Notes: a model not told the origin generated them from the sequence alone. DNA of 64,000 nt from a virus (IMGVR_UViG_3300028374_000002:64001-128000); one strand, 5' to 3'; positions 9,673-20,369 are shown, counted from the first letter of the stretch. Made by a program: numbers and translations.

Positions 9673-10019
9673 TATTTAATTTTTTGTTTTGGTAAATTTG
9701 AAAATGTTGGTCTTTTTACACCAACCTCACCTTTGAATATAATATCCATTTTTCGGTGACGTTCCATTGATAAAGACTTAAAAGAATTTAAATCTATTTG
9801 TATTGCATTAATGTTATATTCCTTAATTAAAGCTTTTTCATGCTTGCCATACTCTACATAATTAAATTCTTCTAAATAGGTAAGTTCATCATAGTAATCA
9901 TCATTATAAAAGAATCTATAAAATGCATCATCATCACAATCTAAATTATTGTAATACACCTCATCTGATAAACAAGATTGGTGTCTTTTCTCATCCGAAA
10001 CTTTATATACATAACACAT
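9672..10019 (-). CDS. Hypothetical protein
   Basis: 115-aa ORF whose stop overlaps the next gene's start. Confidence 0.6.
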   Translation of the reverse strand: MCYVYKVSDEKRHQSCLSDEVYYNNLDCDDDAFYRFFYNDDYYDELTYLEEFNYVEYGKHEKALIKEYNINAIQIDLNSFKSLSMERHRKMDIIFKGEVGVKRPTFSNLPKQKIK

Positions 10020-10035
10020 AATCTATCTATTAAAT

Positions 10036-10305
10036 TCATCCGACTATCTCTTTTATTTTACATTCTCTGGTTATTCCTTTATTATAGTTAAATATAACCT
10101 TAATGTTTATTACATCACCATTTGATGTAATAACAAGGCTATATTCTATATCTTTTAATTTATTAGGTAGATAAGACATTACAAACAATCTAGCATCATC
10201 CATATTCATTAAATTATTAGTATTGTATCTAATAATATTCTGACTGAATAATATGTGATTGTTTGAATCTTTACACTTCTCTATATACATTTCTATATTA
10301 ACCAT
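10036..10305 (-). CDS. Hypothetical protein
   Basis: 89-aa ORF downstream of TATATTTG (10365-10372). Confidence 0.55.
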   Translation of the reverse strand: MVNIEMYIEKCKDSNNHILFSQNIIRYNTNNLMNMDDARLFVMSYLPNKLKDIEYSLVITSNGDVINIKVIFNYNKGITRECKIKEIVG

Positions 10306-10364
10306 ATTAATTTTTATCAGTTTTAAATTGAAATTTAGTTATTATGTTTTATTTTTTTGATAAG

Positions 10365-10372
10365 CAAATATA
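10365..10372 (-). promoter_or_regulatory. Bacteroidota-type -7 element TATATTTG
   Basis: Intergenic, oriented toward the 10305 start. Confidence 0.5.
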
Positions 10373-10393
10373 GTGTATTTATAATACACTAGC

Positions 10394-10439
10394 AATAATT
10401 TAACCCCATATTTCTTTATAGATATGGGGTTAAATTATT
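10394..10439. terminator. 18-bp inverted repeat, probable terminator of the minus-strand LRR gene
   Basis: AATAATTTAACCCCATAT...ATATGGGGTTAAATTATT. Confidence 0.7.
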
Positions 10440-10467
10440 ATGATAAGAGAACTTAATTAATTAAATT

Positions 10468-10926
10468 TTATTTAATGTTATTACCATCAGATTGTACCTT
10501 TTTCATTTGTTTTTGATTCAATCCTTTTAATGAAGTTAACTGATTATTTCTACAATCGAAATTACGAGCGTGTGAAGGAGATCCTACCAAAGTCTCTAAT
10601 TTATTATATGAACAATCAAAATCACGAACATGTGAAGGGGATCCTTTCAAATTTTTCAATTTATTTTTACTACAGTCAAAGTCCTTTACAACCTCTTTAG
10701 GAGACCCAACTAATGACTCTAATTTATTGTCTTGACAATAGAAACTCCCACCGACCATTGAAAAGGTGATTGGTAATTTGGCTAAATTTTTATTAGCTAA
10801 ATTAACATCGCCTTTTACATCGATACTACCATTGCTATTTACTGTGTAATTCTTTATGCCAAATTTTTCACATAGTGTGTCTATATCACTTTCTACGCTT
10901 TCATTAAATGTTTTCAAATGCTTCAT
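10468..10926 (-). CDS. Solo LRR protein, a distant homologue of the array lacking the C-cap
   Basis: MKHLKTFNES start; NYTVNSNGSIDVKGDV N-cap; four FxCxxNxLxxLxGSP units. Confidence 0.8.
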   Translation of the reverse strand: MKHLKTFNESVESDIDTLCEKFGIKNYTVNSNGSIDVKGDVNLANKNLAKLPITFSMVGGSFYCQDNKLESLVGSPKEVVKDFDCSKNKLKNLKGSPSHVRDFDCSYNKLETLVGSPSHARNFDCRNNQLTSLKGLNQKQMKKVQSDGNNIK

Positions 10927-10972
10927 AACTTTTTTTATAGTTATATATAAAAGTTTTTATATGATAAATATA

Positions 10973-11575
10973 TTAATTTTTATAATTTTCTATAATTACC
11001 CTATTATTCATTATTTCTCTTATTTCAACATATGATTTTGGTGTATAGTTAATAACATTACAGCCTACATCTTCAATTTTTCTTCTATATAGAATATCTT
11101 TCTGTGTAGCATATAAAGACCCATGTGTATGTCCGTGTAGCATCCAAGACCCTACATGGCATTTGTTCCATACTATAATAGGATAATGCGATAATACAAT
11201 CATTTGAAAGCCACCATTTCTTTCAGTATCTACAATACTTTCATCCTTTACATAAATCTCAGTACCATAACTTATTATATCTTCAAATCTATTAGTTTTT
11301 AAGATGTTTTTATAACTATCGTGGTTTCCTAGTATAAAATAAATAGTACCATTTAAGGAATCTGCTATTTCTTTTCTTATAGCTGTGCCACTAAAGCTAA
11401 AATCACCTAAAAAGTATACTATATCACCATCTTTTACCACTGAGTTCCAGTTATTTATTAAACATTCATTCATATCATCAATGTTTGGAAATGGTCTCTT
11501 GTCAAAATCTAATATTTTTTTGTGACAAAAATGTAAATCACTTATAAAAAATATATTTTGTTTAAAATGTTTCAT
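10973..11575 (-). CDS. Calcineurin-like metallophosphoesterase
   Basis: Motifs SDLHF, GDFS, GNHD, SHYP, HGHTH. Confidence 0.9.
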   Translation of the reverse strand: MKHFKQNIFFISDLHFCHKKILDFDKRPFPNIDDMNECLINNWNSVVKDGDIVYFLGDFSFSGTAIRKEIADSLNGTIYFILGNHDSYKNILKTNRFEDIISYGTEIYVKDESIVDTERNGGFQMIVLSHYPIIVWNKCHVGSWMLHGHTHGSLYATQKDILYRRKIEDVGCNVINYTPKSYVEIREIMNNRVIIENYKN

Positions 11576-11591
11576 CTATTTAGTTTTTGTA

Positions 11592-11599
11592 CAAATATA
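11592..11599 (-). promoter_or_regulatory. Bacteroidota-type -7 element TATATTTG
   Basis: 16 nt upstream of the metallophosphoesterase ATG. Confidence 0.55.
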
Positions 11600-11629
11600 G
11601 GGTAAATGGTTCAATATAATATATAATCT

Positions 11630-11923
11630 ATGAAAAAATTTACAAAAGTATTAGAAGGTAAGGAGTTGGGTTATACAGATTTCTTTGGTAATAAAGTGAG
11701 TCCAGAAAAAGATTTTATCAAAATGTTAAAATCTGGCATTACCCATATTATGATGGAAGAAGGAGAGATTTCAGAAAAAGCTTTTAAAGAAATTGATGAA
11801 GTTATAGAACAAGTAGATAAATTGATTACTAAAGAATTAGTACAAGAGGCTATGGATATGCATAGACAAGATAAAAGAATTAAATTAATTTGTGAGTTTA
11901 TATATGATAAATATATAAACTAA
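11630..11923 (+). CDS. Hypothetical protein (MKKFTKVLEG N-terminus)
   Basis: ORF preceded by TAATATATA at 11617. Confidence 0.65.
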   Translation: MKKFTKVLEGKELGYTDFFGNKVSPEKDFIKMLKSGITHIMMEEGEISEKAFKEIDEVIEQVDKLITKELVQEAMDMHRQDKRIKLICEFIYDKYIN

Positions 11924-11960
11924 TTAATATTTTAGTATATAATAGTAAAATAATAGTAAA

Positions 11961-12212
11961 ATGAGCAAAATTCCTACATCAACCAATCTTATATCATCTA
12001 ATCTTATATCATCTAATCTTACAAACAATACGAGTTTAGTATTTAGTGATAATAATACTTTCACTAATTGTGTCACTGCTACTTCAATAACCCTCAAAGA
12101 TGAAAAAGATGGAAGTGAATGGTGTATAAAGATATATGATGGTGAACTAATAATAGAGCCTGTTGATAAGGTTGCTAAGCGAAACTATAATATTAAGAGA
12201 GTTTTGAAATAG
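11961..12212 (+). CDS. Hypothetical protein
   Basis: 83-aa ORF containing a short 15-bp tandem duplication (NLISS x2). Confidence 0.55.
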   Translation: MSKIPTSTNLISSNLISSNLTNNTSLVFSDNNTFTNCVTATSITLKDEKDGSEWCIKIYDGELIIEPVDKVAKRNYNIKRVLK

Positions 12213-12485
12213 TTATTTTTTAATTATTCTTATTATTAGATTACCATTACCCTTTATTATCCTATGGTAGGTCTCTTTAGGTATAAATGTATTTTCTGTT
12301 ATGCTTTTAGGTAATTCGTTATCCAATTGTATTTTCCAATTACACTCATTTATACATGTAATATATCTATCCTCTTCATCACGATGCCAAACCATTTCAT
12401 TAGATGGAATAGCTTGTGAAAACTCTCTTATGAAAGTGTTTTTACTTATCTTATTTTCTGTATAAGGATTCTCCATATTCACCAA
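12213..12485 (-). CDS. Cupin-like small protein
   Basis: MVWHRDEEDR...WKIQLDNELP...FIPKETYHRIIKG resembles a cupin beta-barrel with His/Glu metal ligands. Confidence 0.5.
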   Translation of the reverse strand: MVNMENPYTENKISKNTFIREFSQAIPSNEMVWHRDEEDRYITCINECNWKIQLDNELPKSITENTFIPKETYHRIIKGNGNLIIRIIKK

Positions 12486-13072
12486 TAGCTATTTGATTGA
12501 CCACTAATACCTAAAGAATCTGCATATCTTGGCAACCTACATGACCAATATCCAGCAGTTGTCTTATCTTTTTTATTCTTACAGTCATGCCTAGCCGCAA
12601 AGTTTTTACTAGCTTCTTTATCATCTAATTTAACACTAAGTCCACCTTTTTTATCACCAAAGTTTATCTTTATTATATTCCCAGTATCTGGATTTTTAAC
12701 ATATACTTTATATTTCTTTGGACCACTTGACCGAGTTGGTTTGTTTATTTCTACTTTTTTACCACCTTTATATTCGTGTTTCTTCTCTTCTATTATGTAC
12801 TCATCTGATTCAGAAGGTATATCTAATGGTACTTTTATACCTTTATAAATCCCATATCTGCCTATATCAGTATTTTCATAGAGTTCCATATCTAAATCAA
12901 CCAATTCTATAACACCATCTTCGTATAGATTTCTAACTTCTTCTAGAAGTATGTAAAATGACTCAGAACCAGTTCTAAATATATTATTTGTAAAACTTAT
13001 ACTATTATCAATGTGATATTTTATATTTTCTGATACTAATCTATAATCACTAAATTTTTTAATTATCCCCAT
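12479..13072 (-). CDS. Conserved phage hypothetical protein
   Basis: C-terminal KKYKVYV...INFGD...FAARHDC...AGYWSC block typical of T4-like phage hypotheticals. Confidence 0.6.
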   Translation of the reverse strand: MGIIKKFSDYRLVSENIKYHIDNSISFTNNIFRTGSESFYILLEEVRNLYEDGVIELVDLDMELYENTDIGRYGIYKGIKVPLDIPSESDEYIIEEKKHEYKGGKKVEINKPTRSSGPKKYKVYVKNPDTGNIIKINFGDKKGGLSVKLDDKEASKNFAARHDCKNKKDKTTAGYWSCRLPRYADSLGISGQSNSYW

Positions 13073-13430
13073 GTTTGTTTATTATTTTATCAAAAACCAT
13101 TTGACATTTTTCATATTCTTCGTTTAATTCCAATGTTTTCAAATATACCATTAATTCCCTTTTATCAGATAACATATACCTTATTAAGAACTTTATTTCC
13201 ATTATCTGGTCTATATCTTCGGATTTAGTAAATATTATAGAATTGACTATATCTTGGTCTATATCTTTCATGTTATTATAAGAGTTCCAATCATTTATTC
13301 CTTTATCTTTTATTAATTTAAGTATTTCTTTAGATATTAGTTTAGACCTAACACATCTTTTATATTTTTTACTAAACACTCTCCGTAGAAAACTATCATT
13401 TAAATATTTGATGTATCTCCTAATATTCAT
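13059..13430 (-). CDS. Hypothetical protein with UVR-like C-terminal helix (likely start 13430)
   Basis: MNIRRYIKY start directly after a reverse TAATATATA (13435-13443); C-terminus LELNEEYEKCQMVFDKI. Confidence 0.55.
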   Translation of the reverse strand: MNIRRYIKYLNDSFLRRVFSKKYKRCVRSKLISKEILKLIKDKGINDWNSYNNMKDIDQDIVNSIIFTKSEDIDQIMEIKFLIRYMLSDKRELMVYLKTLELNEEYEKCQMVFDKIINKHGDN

Positions 13431-13499
13431 ACTATATATATTAAAACACACTAGCAAGAAAGACTAAAATTAATATATAAATCAAATATAATATCTTGA

Positions 13500-16400
13500 A
13501 TGTCTAATCACGAAAATCTAATTTGGTTTAATAAAGAAGGAGATTTCCTTAATTTCAATTATAATGAATCAGTTAATAGATTCGAGGGAGATATACTCTT
13601 CCATGAGAGCTCTACTGATATATATAAAACATACGGACTTTATATGTTTGAAGACGTACCATCATTTGACTTTGAAAGACCTAATGAATTAACTACAAGA
13701 AAGTTTCAGTTGTTTAATGAGAGGGGAATACACTTTTATGGCACTGACTTAAAAAGCCAAGACATAACTAAAATAGAACCAGTAAACAACGATGTCGGAT
13801 TTTATTCTAAATGGATATATGGTGATGATTTCCAAGCTAAGTTTCCAATTGGAACTATTGTATCATTCGATAATCCTTTCTTGGAGTTCAATAACCCTAA
13901 TAAGACCTACGTAGTTTCTGGTAATAAAAGCAATGCTATACTTATACTATCACAAGTAGATAATAAAAGCTTTGAAATAGATTATCAACAACTCTATGAA
14001 AATGAAAACTCTTATATAAACCAAAAATTATCTGGTGTCAATTGTATTGGTGTTTATGATTATATAGATATAGAAACTTATAAAGAAAAGTTATCAGATT
14101 GGAGCGAACCAGAATTTTATGATAAATATTTTATAGGCAAAAAATTGAATATAATAAATTCTAAATTAAACGACAAAGTAGTTACTGTTGATAACACAAA
14201 ACTTATTGACTTAATCCACTATGAATATTTATTACATAAGGATGAATTACCAGATGATAAAGACTTTATTATTGAGGTGATATCAAAAACCGATTTACCA
14301 AGGATATATAATGGGGGAATAGTTATAGATAGTGATAGTAGGATAAACATAGATCCAAACTTTTATCCAGCTATCATAAAACCTGGTACTGAGTTCAAAA
14401 TAGAGGGAAGTATAAACAGTGATGTGTTTTTAAGAGTATCTGATTTGAGAAATTGGGATGGGATATTAACAACAACCGATTTTATAGTGGGTGACCAAGT
14501 TACATTCAACAACAGAATATTTCAGTGTAAAGAGAATTATGTACAATCTTTTTCAAATATTGAAACATCATCAATCACACCTAGTAATAGCGAAAAATGG
14601 GGTAGACCCGATTATATAAAAATAGAACAAATATTACAACCAGATAATATATCATTAGGTCAGTTATACCTTACTACAGATAGATTTTATTTCACTTATA
14701 GTTGGGATACTAACAAAGAAATAACACTAGCATCTGCAATAGAAAAATATAAAGATGATTTAAATTTATTTAACATAGACCTATATTATGAGAATAATCA
14801 GGTTAATGCTGATTTGGTTTATCCAAGCCAGTATGCTAATGTCAATTTTTATCACACTGAGGCTATAAATACCAATAAAATTGGAGGATTTTTTAAAGCC
14901 ATAGAAAGACTAGTTGGTGTTGGAGAAGATTTAGATTACGAACTTAATTATAATAATTCAGAACTTTTTGATTTTAAAATAGTTTTTACAGACATAGATG
15001 AATTTGGTATAAAGGTAAATATAAATGGTATGATATATGAAGAAGAAGTTAGCTTTATATTTTCGGGAAACTCTATTGATGTAGAAAGAACAATAGATAG
15101 AACACTTAGAAACTGGTTGAGTAGAAATTATATCGAATTATTTAAACTAGGTATAGATATTCAACTTAGATTTTCTGGAAACACTACTTCTCTTTTCTAT
15201 AATTCAATCAGAGTATTATCACAATATCCAAATGTACCTGTTAGCGTGGATGATGTATTAGTTGGGACAACTGCTAATTATTATATAGAACATTCAAGAG
15301 TATTATTTAGAGACTTGGGTGGGTATCTAGATATAAGAATAAATGGTATATCATATGGTGTACAAACTATTTATAATAGTAGTACTAACACACCAGATGT
15401 GATATCAACAATAAGCAAATGGGTTAGAGAACACAATAATAGATTGAATGATTTTGGTATAATTGTCAAAAACATAAATCAACTTTTGATATTTGATATA
15501 AAAGACCTAAAGAGAAGATTAGACTATACTATAACAACTGGTAAGGTTAATATACCTGGGTTAAAAGACTTTGAGATAAATAACTTAATAAAGGGCAATG
15601 AGGGTGTTATAATATCATCAAATGAAATCCTATTACCAAGAGATAGAGATGAGAGTTTAGAAGATTTTGAAGAATATGGATTTGCAACTGGTATGGCTTT
15701 GAGTATAAACAATACTATATATTCTTTAGTTAATCAAGAATATACTATCCAATACCTAGACCCACTCATAATGAATATAAGTTATGAAGGCCCATTTTGG
15801 GGACTTACATCTAGTATTTGTAATTCATCTGCATTTGTAACATTGGCATTTGATAATGGTTATGGTTTAACTGGATGTGGTGAACCGTTATCCCCAGATA
15901 GAACAATTACAAGTCCGTTTAATACTGAATTTAGAAACTTAGAGCCAGATAATAATTTAAATCTAGATAAAAGTAATAGTCAGTTTAAGATTGATTTTAA
16001 TGCTAATGACTATGAAGTTATCGAATTTGATTTAAATAGATTTTCTGGTGCTGATAATATGGTTGATATAATCTATATACAGAACTCTAACTCTATATAC
16101 ACACTAGCAGACTCTCTTATAGTTCACAATGCATCAACATCAAATATTGTTACAATAATTGACCTAATAAATAACATCGGAAGTATAAAACTTAAATATA
16201 ATAATATTAATAATTATTTGTATGCACTAACTATTAATAGCATGTATATTATAAATCCCTTAACAAATATGGTAATTGGGATTGTAGAATTTCAAAATAA
16301 TGGAGAAGCTTTTGATATAGACTTTAATCCATTGAATGGTGATGTTTATGTAACATTTTCTAATCTACCAGAAATATCAATATGGGGGAGTATAAACTTA

Positions 16401-19298
16401 TCAAACATACCATCTAGGACAATAGATAGCAATATAAATGAATTTCCATTAAATGTTAGTAATACTAAAAACATAGTATTTAACGACTTTGAAGGAGATA
16501 TGTATGTATCAACAGATAATGGATTTATAATTAGAATAAACTCCAACAGAACTATACAAAATGTATATGATGCTGGTGTGTTAAAATCAGAACTATTCTA
16601 TGAACCAGTCGAGGAATCTATTTATTTTTTCACAGATACACATTTGAGTAAGATAGATAATGGTGTGTTAGAGGATATAGAAGAATATAGTAATGACTTT
16701 AATGAAATTTTATTTAATAACTTAACGGGTAATATGAATATATCTACTGGTAGTTCTAATGATGGAGATTTCTTAAAAGTCGATATAATAAGTGATTCCG
16801 TAGAAAGCTATGATATAGATACTTATGGATTTTTGGGCATAAATCAGTTTGATGGTGATGTTTATTTAACATCACAAACACTAGATGTTGTTTATGTTAT
16901 AAATCCTATCAACGGAACTATACTACACACACAGAACTTAACTAGTGGGGCAACTCAAATAATCAATAACCCCGAACGAAATTCGATGTGGGTTATACAA
17001 CCTAGTAATAAACGAATAATAGAAATGTCAGTTGAAGTGAACACTACGATCACACCATTCGAACAAGAGCCAGAAGTAGTAGGCGAGAACCTTTATGGTA
17101 CACTAAATCCTGATTATGTTAAAAGAGAATCTATGTGGTTAAAGACCAAGGATTATATAAGAAAGCCTAGGGAAAATTTTGAAGGAGATACACAAGTTAG
17201 CTTGTACTGGAAATGGGAAGATAATCAAACACCAGAATTTTTCATATATGATTTTACTGGTGATCAGCTAGAAAATAATGGCTCTTATTCATACACGGGT
17301 ATTAAACCATTTGATAAGATTGTTCTTAATAAATCGCCTAATAAAGATATAAATAGAATTAATCAACCAGAGTTTCAACAAACTATATTTGATAAGATAT
17401 CATATGAATTACCATTTATAGATGACCAAAGAAACGTATCTACTGATGTTGAGCCTTTGGAACTCTTTTTAGGATATAAGTCTACGCTAGAGGGGGCATA
17501 TCAATCTATTTTAAAATTATATAAAAAAGAAAGTGTTAGATTTGATATCGAATCAGATTCTATGACAGATATAACATTAGAAATAATAGAGGGTAGTGAT
17601 AGAAGAGGTATAATATATCTAAATAATACTTCTCCAATTAGTTTATCAAATAGAGGCTTAAAACCTGAACAATTACTTGTTTTATATCTAAATGACATAT
17701 CTAATGAATCTAATCAATATACATCAGTAAACAATGCCTCGGTGTTTAAGATAAGACAAGTTTTTAGTAAAAGTATAATAATAGACTTTATAAACTCAAA
17801 TGATTTTATTTCTGACGAAAATACAGTTATTGATAATTACCCAAGCGTTGGTGATACTACTTATCTATCAACAACCTTCAAAATTATTGATAAGGAAATA
17901 GGTAGATTTAATGTTTATGGACAAACTGAAGATGAAGACGAGAGGTTTAAGATAAACCTAGCAAACGAAGGTAAGCTTATTGGACCAGATGAGGTATTTA
18001 TATTCAAACAATATGATATACAAGAAGGTGGTATTGATTGGACATTTTTAAATAAAAAGAGAAAGGAGATGCTTATGATGAAACAACTTATATATCCTTA
18101 TATAGGTGCTTATAAATCAATAATAAATGCTATCAATTTTTTTGGATATAACGACTTACAATTAAACGAGTATTATAGAAACGTAAATCCAGAGTCCGAG
18201 AGTTTTTCTAAATTATTTAAGGTAGAAATACCAGATATTTTTGATAATTCAACAGAAGGATGGGATGATAATGATTTCATTAAAAACACATATCCCAATA
18301 CTAACTTTGAAGAAACTAAGTTATTCAACCTAACCTATAAGATAACTGATAAAGAAGGTAATAGAGTTATAAACTATACACTTGATGAAGTAATTATAAA
18401 ATTACAAGGATTGAAGTATTGGCTTAAAAATAATATTATACCACTTACTCATAAAATAGAAGATATAACAGGACTTGCTTATGTAAAAACTTCGAACTAT
18501 ATACAACACAGATTGCATGATATAAGGATAATAAATATTAAGGAAAATATGACACCTATTTCGTGTAAAATGAATGAGGCATATCTGATGCCTATAAATT
18601 CTGGATCGACTGTATATAATTGTGCAATTGACTTCTATTCAATAGTAGAGGGTATTGGAAAAAGTGATTATACAACAGAGGGTGTTAAAGCATATGATGG
18701 GTTTAAACTAGAAATCCCCGATAGTTTTGACATAGAAATTCGAACATATAAAACTTATAAAGAATGGGAGCCATTTTCAACATATAATAGAGGTGATAAA
18801 GTTAGATATTTAGATTTTTTGTATGAATCAGTAATAGATTTTAATAGGACTAATAATCCTTCTAAATATAATACTGCTTTACCATGGTCACCAAACATAA
18901 ATTATAAAGTAGGAAGTATAGTATTATACAATAATAACTATTATTCTTTAAGAACTAGTGCTTTGATGTCATCAACACCCCCTTTATCTGATTCTGTTAA
19001 CTGGTTAAAGATTTCACAATGGATTAGGATAAGCTTAGAACCAGTTCAAACAGTACAAGAGTTTAGAAAAGGTAGTAACTTATTGCCATATAGTTTCACA
19101 ATTGATTCCAACATTGATCCTTTTATAACTATTGAGGTTACATCTGATAATGGGTATGGTGAGATTTATAGGGATAGAAAAAATTATGAATTAAAAGGTG
19201 CTAATGACTTAGGTTTAATGAGAGTTAATCAAGTAAATTTACCAACTCTTAGGTCTCCACTTACACCAATATTTGATGTCCCAACTGATAATACTTAA
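13500..19298 (+). CDS. Very large virion structural protein (baseplate wedge/tail), with propeller-like and CBM5/12-like segments
   Basis: 1932 aa; YIGAYKSIINAINFFGY baseplate-wedge-like motif; YxxGDxVxY repeats (WSPNINYKVGSIVLYNNNYY, YNRGDKVRY); YVTN-like propeller region around aa 850-1180. Confidence 0.6.
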   Translation: MSNHENLIWFNKEGDFLNFNYNESVNRFEGDILFHESSTDIYKTYGLYMFEDVPSFDFERPNELTTRKFQLFNERGIHFYGTDLKSQDITKIEPVNNDVGFYSKWIYGDDFQAKFPIGTIVSFDNPFLEFNNPNKTYVVSGNKSNAILILSQVDNKSFEIDYQQLYENENSYINQKLSGVNCIGVYDYIDIETYKEKLSDWSEPEFYDKYFIGKKLNIINSKLNDKVVTVDNTKLIDLIHYEYLLHKDELPDDKDFIIEVISKTDLPRIYNGGIVIDSDSRINIDPNFYPAIIKPGTEFKIEGSINSDVFLRVSDLRNWDGILTTTDFIVGDQVTFNNRIFQCKENYVQSFSNIETSSITPSNSEKWGRPDYIKIEQILQPDNISLGQLYLTTDRFYFTYSWDTNKEITLASAIEKYKDDLNLFNIDLYYENNQVNADLVYPSQYANVNFYHTEAINTNKIGGFFKAIERLVGVGEDLDYELNYNNSELFDFKIVFTDIDEFGIKVNINGMIYEEEVSFIFSGNSIDVERTIDRTLRNWLSRNYIELFKLGIDIQLRFSGNTTSLFYNSIRVLSQYPNVPVSVDDVLVGTTANYYIEHSRVLFRDLGGYLDIRINGISYGVQTIYNSSTNTPDVISTISKWVREHNNRLNDFGIIVKNINQLLIFDIKDLKRRLDYTITTGKVNIPGLKDFEINNLIKGNEGVIISSNEILLPRDRDESLEDFEEYGFATGMALSINNTIYSLVNQEYTIQYLDPLIMNISYEGPFWGLTSSICNSSAFVTLAFDNGYGLTGCGEPLSPDRTITSPFNTEFRNLEPDNNLNLDKSNSQFKIDFNANDYEVIEFDLNRFSGADNMVDIIYIQNSNSIYTLADSLIVHNASTSNIVTIIDLINNIGSIKLKYNNINNYLYALTINSMYIINPLTNMVIGIVEFQNNGEAFDIDFNPLNGDVYVTFSNLPEISIWGSINLSNIPSRTIDSNINEFPLNVSNTKNIVFNDFEGDMYVSTDNGFIIRINSNRTIQNVYDAGVLKSELFYEPVEESIYFFTDTHLSKIDNGVLEDIEEYSNDFNEILFNNLTGNMNISTGSSNDGDFLKVDIISDSVESYDIDTYGFLGINQFDGDVYLTSQTLDVVYVINPINGTILHTQNLTSGATQIINNPERNSMWVIQPSNKRIIEMSVEVNTTITPFEQEPEVVGENLYGTLNPDYVKRESMWLKTKDYIRKPRENFEGDTQVSLYWKWEDNQTPEFFIYDFTGDQLENNGSYSYTGIKPFDKIVLNKSPNKDINRINQPEFQQTIFDKISYELPFIDDQRNVSTDVEPLELFLGYKSTLEGAYQSILKLYKKESVRFDIESDSMTDITLEIIEGSDRRGIIYLNNTSPISLSNRGLKPEQLLVLYLNDISNESNQYTSVNNASVFKIRQVFSKSIIIDFINSNDFISDENTVIDNYPSVGDTTYLSTTFKIIDKEIGRFNVYGQTEDEDERFKINLANEGKLIGPDEVFIFKQYDIQEGGIDWTFLNKKRKEMLMMKQLIYPYIGAYKSIINAINFFGYNDLQLNEYYRNVNPESESFSKLFKVEIPDIFDNSTEGWDDNDFIKNTYPNTNFEETKLFNLTYKITDKEGNRVINYTLDEVIIKLQGLKYWLKNNIIPLTHKIEDITGLAYVKTSNYIQHRLHDIRIINIKENMTPISCKMNEAYLMPINSGSTVYNCAIDFYSIVEGIGKSDYTTEGVKAYDGFKLEIPDSFDIEIRTYKTYKEWEPFSTYNRGDKVRYLDFLYESVIDFNRTNNPSKYNTALPWSPNINYKVGSIVLYNNNYYSLRTSALMSSTPPLSDSVNWLKISQWIRISLEPVQTVQEFRKGSNLLPYSFTIDSNIDPFITIEVTSDNGYGEIYRDRKNYELKGANDLGLMRVNQVNLPTLRSPLTPIFDVPTDNT

Positions 19299-19313
19299 AA
19301 TATTTATTATATT

Positions 19314-19643
19314 TTAAATAATTTCTTCACCTAGTATATTTAACGTAAGTGACACTTTTGTTGTGTTGTTAAATATATTACCAATAACTAGACTTCTGTC
19401 GATGGTATGTACTATAATTTCTTCGTCTCGGTCTAATATTATAACTCTATCAGAGTTCATGATATTGACTTTCGTTCCTTTTAACAAATTAAACCTTTGC
19501 TTTGAGTTAAGGCTTAGTTCTATAAAATCAATTCTGGTAGATAAATCTTTTAGGTAATTTCTTAATTTTCTATAGAATGCTATAATGAAACCCATGACGG
19601 TCATTGATGCTGCAACTATTCCTACTATTGATATAATACTCAT
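19314..19643 (-). CDS. Membrane-anchored hypothetical protein
   Basis: N-terminal hydrophobic helix IISIVGIVAASMTVMGFIIAFY. Confidence 0.55.
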   Translation of the reverse strand: MSIISIVGIVAASMTVMGFIIAFYRKLRNYLKDLSTRIDFIELSLNSKQRFNLLKGTKVNIMNSDRVIILDRDEEIIVHTIDRSLVIGNIFNNTTKVSLTLNILGEEII

Positions 19644-19663
19644 AAGTTTTTAAGCTATATATA

Positions 19664-19697
19664 AAAAACCCCCTCTTATTTATAAGAGGGGGTTTTT
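19664..19697. terminator. Rho-independent terminator hairpin
   Basis: AAAAACCCCCTCTTA-ttta-TAAGAGGGGGTTTTT downstream of the minus-strand 19716 gene. Confidence 0.8.
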
Positions 19698-19715
19698 ATT
19701 TTTTTATAAAATAGA

Positions 19716-20369
19716 TTATGCCTGTTCTACTTTAGCATCAGTATCCTTTGTAACATTAGGCTCAAATTTGGCCACCCAGTCTTGAATGTCACCAGAAAGT
19801 GTTTTACCAGTATTATCATAATAGTTTACAATTTTACTAATATCACCAATTCTTTTTAATACATTACCAAAGTTATAAGCACTTTTATCAAGACCCTTTA
19901 CTTTGTATTTAGATATCAAATGGTAGATATAGGTAATTTCTGTTGCATCAACTTCAAACCCTTCTAGTACTTTATCATCAGGGAAGTTGCTTTTTAGCTT
20001 CATATTACCCATAGTGTTAGTAAGTTCAATAGCTAGAAATACAGTATTTACATCATATTCCATTTTCTTTGTTATAGTGTCTGTTAAAAAGTTATATTGT
20101 TGTCTGTTTAAATAGAAAACATATTTAGCATTTCTTAGTTCTGTTGCATAATCACCCCATAGGATTTGTGCTTGTTTATAAAGTTCATCTTTTTCATCAG
20201 AAGTTTTTCCAAAACCCTCATTTTCTGACATATATTTTAGAATTGTAGCCTCGCTTTTATCTAATGCGACCTCATACTTTTTATCTAAAATTACATGCTC
20301 TAATTTATTTTCATTAAAGCTTAATCTTGGTTTTACTACATTTGTTTGTATATTCTCTTTATTATTCAT
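19716..20369 (-). CDS. Hypothetical protein
   Basis: 217-aa ORF in a minus-strand cluster. Confidence 0.7.
   Translation of the reverse strand: MNNKENIQTNVVKPRLSFNENKLEHVILDKKYEVALDKSEATILKYMSENEGFGKTSDEKDELYKQAQILWGDYATELRNAKYVFYLNRQQYNFLTDTITKKMEYDVNTVFLAIELTNTMGNMKLKSNFPDDKVLEGFEVDATEITYIYHLISKYKVKGLDKSAYNFGNVLKRIGDISKIVNYYDNTGKTLSGDIQDWVAKFEPNVTKDTDAKVEQA

Noticed and set aside
11984-12021. 15-bp tandem duplication in the 11961 gene
   Set aside because: A simple in-frame slippage in a low-complexity Ser/Asn N-terminus; no further significance visible.
19314-19643. Holin or spanin call for the single-TM protein
   Set aside because: No adjacent endolysin, lipobox or holin-type charge pattern; left as a membrane hypothetical.
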